Shown here piece after piece: positions 58,939-64,000 of a DNA stretch of 64,000 bases. Every line of letters begins with the position of its first letter. The first letter of the stretch is position 1. Origin of the DNA: an uncultured Gammaproteobacteria bacterium (GTDB taxonomy: Bacteria; Pseudomonadota; Gammaproteobacteria; SZUA-140); the NCBI GenBank assembly GCA_947258425.1, contig CAMYIG010000001.1, positions 866 to 64,865 on the forward strand, given 5' to 3'. Position numbers and translations under genes: made by a program. The notes beneath the pieces are model-generated. The model saw nothing but the letters and a program-made list of their open reading frames with translations. It did no database searches and was not told where the DNA came from.

Positions 58939-60312
58939 TCACTTTAATCCGTGTCTTTCTAATAAGGTGTACAGCGTCGGACGACTCACACCAAGCAACT
59001 CCGCCATCTGAGAGATATTATTACCACACACCCCCATCGCTCTACGAAGTGCCTGTAGTTCTGCTGCATGTTTAATCTCACGTAAGTTAAGCTGGATATC
59101 AGCATCAGCCGTTATCGATTCTAAATCAAGATCTTCGGCAGTAATGTGACTTTCATCTGCCATGATCACCGCCCGCTTAACACGATTTTCTACTTCTCTA
59201 ACATTACCCGGCCATAGGTGAGCTTCTATCTCAACCAGCGCATCTCTGGAAAACCCTTTTATATTCTTATTGTTCTCTCGATTAAAACGCTCCAGAAAGG
59301 TTCTAGCGAGCAATAGCGCATCATCTGATCGCTCACAAAGCGGTGGGATTTTGATTGTCATTTCGCTAATCCGATAATATAAATCTTCTCTAAACCGTCC
59401 ATCACTCACCTGGCCTTCCAGATTCTGGTGTGTTGCACAGACAACTCGCACATCGACAGGAATTTCATCTCGTCCCCCAATGCGCTCAATCACTCTTTCT
59501 TGTAAAAAACGTAATAATTTTGCTTGCAGCGGCTGACCAAGATCACCTATCTCATCAAGAAAAAGCGTACCGCCGTGTGCACACTCAATCTTGCCCAGCG
59601 TCTGCTTAGCCGCCCCGGTAAAAGCACCTTTCTCATAACCAAAAAGCTCACTTTCTAAAAGATTCTCTGGAATCGCAGCACAATTTATTGCAACAAAACG
59701 CTTGCTGGCGCGATCACTCATATCGTGTAATGCACGCGCAAGCAACTCCTTTCCTGTGCCGCTATCACCAAGTAGTAATGTAGTGATATCTGTCGGCGCA
59801 ACCTTTTCGATCGTCTTACAGATTTTCTGCATAACATCACTTGCGAAAACGATCCCGCCAAATGTAGTTTCAAAACCCTGCTTTAATAACATCTTATTTT
59901 GCAGTTCAAGCGCCCTAAGGTAAGCTGCGCGATCAACGACAAACTTCAATGTATCCGGTTTCACCGGTTTCTGATAAAAATCATACGCACCGAGACCAAT
60001 GGCTCTCATTGCATTTTTATCATCATCATTACCTGTCACAACAATTACTTTTGCACTCGCATCATGCTCAATGATCTCAGTCAGCGCAGCAAGCCCTTCA
60101 CTTGCATTTTCTGGGTCAGGCGGTAAACCCAAATCAAGCGTGATCACATCTGGACAATGTTCAGTTAACTGTTTGATGCCTTCCGCACGATCAGCGGCAA
60201 CGATCACTTCATAGCCATCAAAACACCAACGCATCTGACTCTGCAAACCAGGGTCGTCTTCAATCACTAACACCTTTTTCAAAGCCTGCTTCGATACTGC
60301 CACAGTAGTCAC
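58939..60312 (-). CDS. prsR: Sigma-54-dependent response regulator (PEP-CTERM-box type)
   Basis: REC domain (DD..D..K); AAA+ sigma-54 activator domain with GDSGTGKELLARALH, the GAFTGA motif (EKGAFTGAAKQ) and ESELFGYEKGAFTG; C-terminal HTH. Confidence 0.9.
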   Translation of the reverse strand: MTTVAVSKQALKKVLVIEDDPGLQSQMRWCFDGYEVIVAADRAEGIKQLTEHCPDVITLDLGLPPDPENASEGLAALTEIIEHDASAKVIVVTGNDDDKNAMRAIGLGAYDFYQKPVKPDTLKFVVDRAAYLRALELQNKMLLKQGFETTFGGIVFASDVMQKICKTIEKVAPTDITTLLLGDSGTGKELLARALHDMSDRASKRFVAINCAAIPENLLESELFGYEKGAFTGAAKQTLGKIECAHGGTLFLDEIGDLGQPLQAKLLRFLQERVIERIGGRDEIPVDVRVVCATHQNLEGQVSDGRFREDLYYRISEMTIKIPPLCERSDDALLLARTFLERFNRENNKNIKGFSRDALVEIEAHLWPGNVREVENRVKRAVIMADESHITAEDLDLESITADADIQLNLREIKHAAELQALRRAMGVCGNNISQMAELLGVSRPTLYTLLERHGLK

Positions 60313-60315
60313 CTT

Positions 60316-62400
60316 TTATTTAGTTTGCTCATTATAACGAGGTATCTTGATAAAAAACCTCGTCCCACGCTGAAGTTGACTATCGACGGCTATGGTTCCA
60401 TCCAGACCACTAATAAACTCTCGGGCCTCATAAACACCTATTCCCATTCCAGCATTTCCCTTAGTTGTGTCAAACGGACGAAAGAGGCGTTCACGTATAA
60501 ACACTTCATCCATACCACTGCCACTATCTTCTATCGTAATATTAGCCCAATCGTTACTTGACGCTAATCGAATTTCTACACTACCGTTTTCGTCTGTGGC
60601 TTCTTGCGCATTTTGTACCAGATGTTCAATCACAGACAGCATTCTGTCATATTCAGCTAAAATTAAAATCTCATCGTCGCATCCAACCACCCTCGGAACA
60701 GGCTGAGTGACTGACCTGTTCTCAACCGCACTTTTTAATAATGAACCCAACCTCACTACAGCTTTACCACTTGAAAAGGTACTTTCGCCCTTTAACTGCG
60801 ATAGCATTCGATTCATTTTTCCTACCGAATTATTAACAGTCCCAAGTGCGTCATCAATAAATTCTGGCTTATTCTTGAACTTTTTTGCGTTCTCGACCAC
60901 CAATGACAGCTGACCAACCACATTTTTAAGGTCATGCACAACATAAGCGGACAAACGATTAAAGGCCTCAAACTGACGTGCGTCTAATAACGCCTGATTT
61001 GCTTCGAGTAATGCTAGGTAACTGGCAAGTTCGCGCCCCGCGATCCTTAACAGATCGATATCTTCCCAGTTGAAATGGTCTCCACCACGTGATTTAGCCA
61101 ACACAACAAAACCGAAAATCTCTGTTTTTTTCATTAGTGGAACAATAAGCCAGACATCCTGTAGTTCACTTAGCCATGCGGGTAACTTAAGACCGCGATA
61201 TAAACTTGTGTCAATCTTATACTCATTCAAGTTCACTACCCATTGCCATTTTTCCATAAACATCACCAGTGAGCTATTTCTATCCTCTATTGCATGCTCA
61301 GGGAGCCCCATATCCCAGCCACTTACGGGCTTATACCCTTTATCATGTTCACTATATAACCATAGTCCCCCACCCGAACTTTCCACGATATCTGCAATCG
61401 CTTTAATTGCGCGCACACGCAACTGTTCGTCTGTCCCCCCCATAGAAAGCGCTCGAATAAATGTTATCCACTGTTCACGGTAATCGTATTTATATGCAAA
61501 GAAATTCTTCGCCAAGTAGACCTTTAGGTATGCACGTATTTGCCCAGAAAACATTAATACAAGCAATAAAATCAGAGCGCCCATAACAAAAACGACCTGA
61601 ATAACCCCGCCCCAGTCACCCCCAAAAAACTGTATGTAATAGCCAGCTACCGCCATTATCAGCAAGTATATACCGGCACTTATTATCGACACTGTATGAA
61701 AAACAACTCGATGTGATACCGCCTCATTGATCGCCCAATTACGATTTCGCTGCATTGAGATTGCAATCAAAGGCATAGCAAGTGCGCTTACAACTCCTCG
61801 CGCATTCCAGAAATCAGGATTAATAGACCCAAAGAGCAATGCCTCTGAATAGAGAAACAGGTCGTATACAAACATACTGCCGACCCCCAAACATAGAAAC
61901 TTATATACCCATCGTTCATCTGCCCAAATATTTCGAGCCAGCTGTTCTACCAGGACCAGCCCCGCTACCGCTAAAATGACATGTCCAAATAAAGCGGAAT
62001 ACCCCCCCATAAAACTTAAAGGCATAGCACCTACGACCGCGAGATATAAATACCTAAAGAAAAGAGCAAGCGCACAAACACCACATATCAGGGCAAGTAC
62101 AATTAGTTTCAGATTGAAACCCTTACCTCGCTCATCAGAGTTCCGTACCAACTGCACCAACCAGAAGAAGAGCGTTAGCCATGCCACATTTTTGGCAATC
62201 TCGAGCAAAGGGAAAACTGAGGATATAGCTGCGAATGCAGCCTGATATGCGCCAGCCGCCGACCACAAAGTAGTGACGCCTAGTGTTATCGCAAGAATAA
62301 TGCCGCCTGAGCGTTGACGCCAGCCGAACAACGAAATAATTGTTAACAGCAGGAATAACGCCGCCGAAATAGAGTAACTTGCTGCGCCTACATTCAACAT
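60316..62400 (-). CDS. prsK: PEP-CTERM-system sensor histidine kinase
   Basis: ~8-10 N-terminal TM helices; GAF-like middle domain; HisKA H-box SAYVVHDLKNVV; HATPase_c (GSGMDEVFIRERLFRPFDTTKG..GMGIGVYEAREF). 3-nt gap to prsR. Confidence 0.85.
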   Translation of the reverse strand: MLNVGAASYSISAALFLLLTIISLFGWRQRSGGIILAITLGVTTLWSAAGAYQAAFAAISSVFPLLEIAKNVAWLTLFFWLVQLVRNSDERGKGFNLKLIVLALICGVCALALFFRYLYLAVVGAMPLSFMGGYSALFGHVILAVAGLVLVEQLARNIWADERWVYKFLCLGVGSMFVYDLFLYSEALLFGSINPDFWNARGVVSALAMPLIAISMQRNRNWAINEAVSHRVVFHTVSIISAGIYLLIMAVAGYYIQFFGGDWGGVIQVVFVMGALILLLVLMFSGQIRAYLKVYLAKNFFAYKYDYREQWITFIRALSMGGTDEQLRVRAIKAIADIVESSGGGLWLYSEHDKGYKPVSGWDMGLPEHAIEDRNSSLVMFMEKWQWVVNLNEYKIDTSLYRGLKLPAWLSELQDVWLIVPLMKKTEIFGFVVLAKSRGGDHFNWEDIDLLRIAGRELASYLALLEANQALLDARQFEAFNRLSAYVVHDLKNVVGQLSLVVENAKKFKNKPEFIDDALGTVNNSVGKMNRMLSQLKGESTFSSGKAVVRLGSLLKSAVENRSVTQPVPRVVGCDDEILILAEYDRMLSVIEHLVQNAQEATDENGSVEIRLASSNDWANITIEDSGSGMDEVFIRERLFRPFDTTKGNAGMGIGVYEAREFISGLDGTIAVDSQLQRGTRFFIKIPRYNEQTK

Positions 62401-62535
62401 TCAATTATCATCGGCGATGAGAAAACCCTAAAATGGCAAAATATTATAAATTATGAACATCAAAATATAGCGCACTTACACGCAGTCCGTGACATTCCAG
62501 ACAGGACTCGCCTCATCAGTGAAACCAGTTAACGA

Positions 62536-63927
62536 CTACCTGCCACCTTTACCCCACAAAACTGCACCTGCCGTTTGAAACAGAATGACAAGATCGAGAA
62601 AGACGCTGTAATTTTTCACATAATAAAGATCAAACTGTAATTTTTCACGTGAATCTTTTTCAGAGTCGCCATAGGGATAACATATCTGCGCCCACCCCGT
62701 AATACCCGGTTTCAAACGATGGCGTTCTGAGTAATATGGAATATTTTCAGATAACTTCTCAACAAACTCTGGTCGCTCTGGGCGCGGCCCGACAAAACTC
62801 ATATCGCCCTTCAATACATTTACTATCTGCGGAAGCTCATCGATGCGAAGCTTTCTTATCAGGGTACCCACTCGCGTCACTCGACTATCATTCTTTGTTG
62901 CCCACTGAGCCTTACCATCGCCTTCTGCATCTACTCGCATGCTGCGAAATTTTAACACCTGAAAAAGTTTCCAGTTTTCACCAACCCGTACCTGCTTATA
63001 GAGAACAGGCCCACGGTCTTCCAGATAAATAGCAATCACTGTAATAACAATAGCAGGGGACGAGATCAGCAATAAAAGCAGACTGGCCCCAACATCAAAA
63101 ATTCGCTTTATATAGACCCTTAAAATGCCATATTTGAAGCCATCAGAGAAAATAAGCCAACTCGGATTCAAGATGTCCAACATAATCTTACCCGTTTGCC
63201 GCTCAAAAAAACTGAGGAGATCCAGCACCTCCACGCCACTCATACGACAATCGACAATCTCGTGCATCGGGAAATTTTTCCGCCGGTCATCAATCGCCAC
63301 AATGATTTCATCAACCTGATATTGCTGTGCAAGCTCCAACAAGGTCATATCATGCGGCACTATCTTCTCATCCACAACGCTACGTTCCCCAGGAAACCTA
63401 ACGTAGCCTACGATCGTAAACCCACGCTGATCTGTTTTACGACGAAGTAAACTGTTGATTGCGGTCGCACGCTTACCTGTGCCCAGCACCAGTATCCGCT
63501 TATTCATTGCCTCCTTATCAACCAGCTTATAAAACACCAGCCGAACGATAACCACGCCAACTAAAGCGACCAGAAATGAAATGGCAAACTCACCTCGCCC
63601 TAAAATTAACGTGGGAAAAATATAGAAAAAGATACTAATTAATACAAAGCCGAAGAGCAGACCACCCATCACTCTCATCAACATACCGCCAAAACCATCT
63701 CTGAGATTACGCTGATAAAGCCCCATGACGGTCATGGAGCTCAGCATCACAAAGGTATATTGTGCTGCCTTAAGAAAAAAGACCCCGCCACCAACACTAA
63801 CGTGTTCTTCATCGATAAAACGTATCGTGGCACCAATATAGACTGATGCCAGCAGAATACAGGCCTCAAGCAACCCCAACATCAAAAATGAAACAGGAAT
63901 ATAGTGCCGAAAAATTCTTACCATCAT
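62536..63927 (-). CDS. Initiating polyprenyl-phosphate sugar phosphotransferase (WbaP/EpsB-type 'sugar transferase, PEP-CTERM system associated')
   Basis: Four N-terminal TM helices, a central Rossmann-like domain, and a C-terminal Bac_transf domain (KRIFDVGASLLLLLISSPAIVITVIAIYLEDRGPVLYKQVRVGENWKLFQVLKFRSM..DELPQ). Confidence 0.85.
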   Translation of the reverse strand: MMVRIFRHYIPVSFLMLGLLEACILLASVYIGATIRFIDEEHVSVGGGVFFLKAAQYTFVMLSSMTVMGLYQRNLRDGFGGMLMRVMGGLLFGFVLISIFFYIFPTLILGRGEFAISFLVALVGVVIVRLVFYKLVDKEAMNKRILVLGTGKRATAINSLLRRKTDQRGFTIVGYVRFPGERSVVDEKIVPHDMTLLELAQQYQVDEIIVAIDDRRKNFPMHEIVDCRMSGVEVLDLLSFFERQTGKIMLDILNPSWLIFSDGFKYGILRVYIKRIFDVGASLLLLLISSPAIVITVIAIYLEDRGPVLYKQVRVGENWKLFQVLKFRSMRVDAEGDGKAQWATKNDSRVTRVGTLIRKLRIDELPQIVNVLKGDMSFVGPRPERPEFVEKLSENIPYYSERHRLKPGITGWAQICYPYGDSEKDSREKLQFDLYYVKNYSVFLDLVILFQTAGAVLWGKGGR

Positions 63928-64000
63928 ATTTTTATTACCTTAATCGGATTAATCACATATCGGACATTTACGTAAAATGCTTTACGATTAAATCATCACG

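Noticed and set aside
1-64000. Mobile elements, integrases, CRISPR arrays, tRNA/rRNA genes
   Set aside because: I saw no transposase- or integrase-like ORF, no direct-repeat/spacer array, and no tRNA- or rRNA-like sequence. The only strong repeats are the in-frame repeats at 31575-32687 and the expected internal similarity between NRPS A domains.

Overview
The window looks like a gammaproteobacterial chromosomal segment with three parts. (1) Left ~8 kb, housekeeping and GC-richer: a hydantoinase-B/oxoprolinase-family gene running off the 5' edge, sodB, a Nudix hydrolase, a cNMP-binding/rhodanese fusion, argD-argF with a translationally coupled orphan ABC ATPase, and a dihaem cytochrome c4. 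(2) ~8.3-64 kb, a large PEP-CTERM / exosortase A (XrtA) exopolysaccharide locus. It contains prsK-prsR-xrtA(EpsI-fused)-prsT, an initiating sugar transferase, a Wza-like exporter, a chain-length determinant plus BY-kinase, an outer-membrane beta-barrel, a Wzx flippase, an O-antigen-ligase/Wzy-like protein, four GT4 glycosyltransferases, WecB, three or four NodB-type polysaccharide deacetylases, a kinase-like protein, one PEP-CTERM substrate gene behind a near-consensus sigma-54 promoter, an ExeA-like ATPase and a FemAB/CelD-like acyltransferase. (3) Embedded in that locus, a ~17 kb non-ribosomal peptide synthetase island in three colinear genes: A(Thr)-T-C-A(Gly, with a luciferase-like monooxygenase inserted between A4 and A5)-T, then Cy-A(Cys-like)-T-Ox, then C-A(Gly)-T. 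It has no thioesterase domain. It is flanked by an Sfp-type PPTase, a SAM methyltransferase, and a translationally coupled pair of alpha/beta-hydrolase-fold proteins, one with a Cys nucleophile and one with Arg in the nucleophile position. In known XrtA 'type 1' cassettes this slot holds an acyl-CoA ligase + ACP + hydr1/hydr2. Here a full thiazole-forming, glycine-hydroxylating NRPS appears to occupy that slot, which suggests a peptide-decorated exopolysaccharide or exosortase system that I believe is undescribed. I saw no rRNA, tRNA, CRISPR or obvious mobile-element genes.
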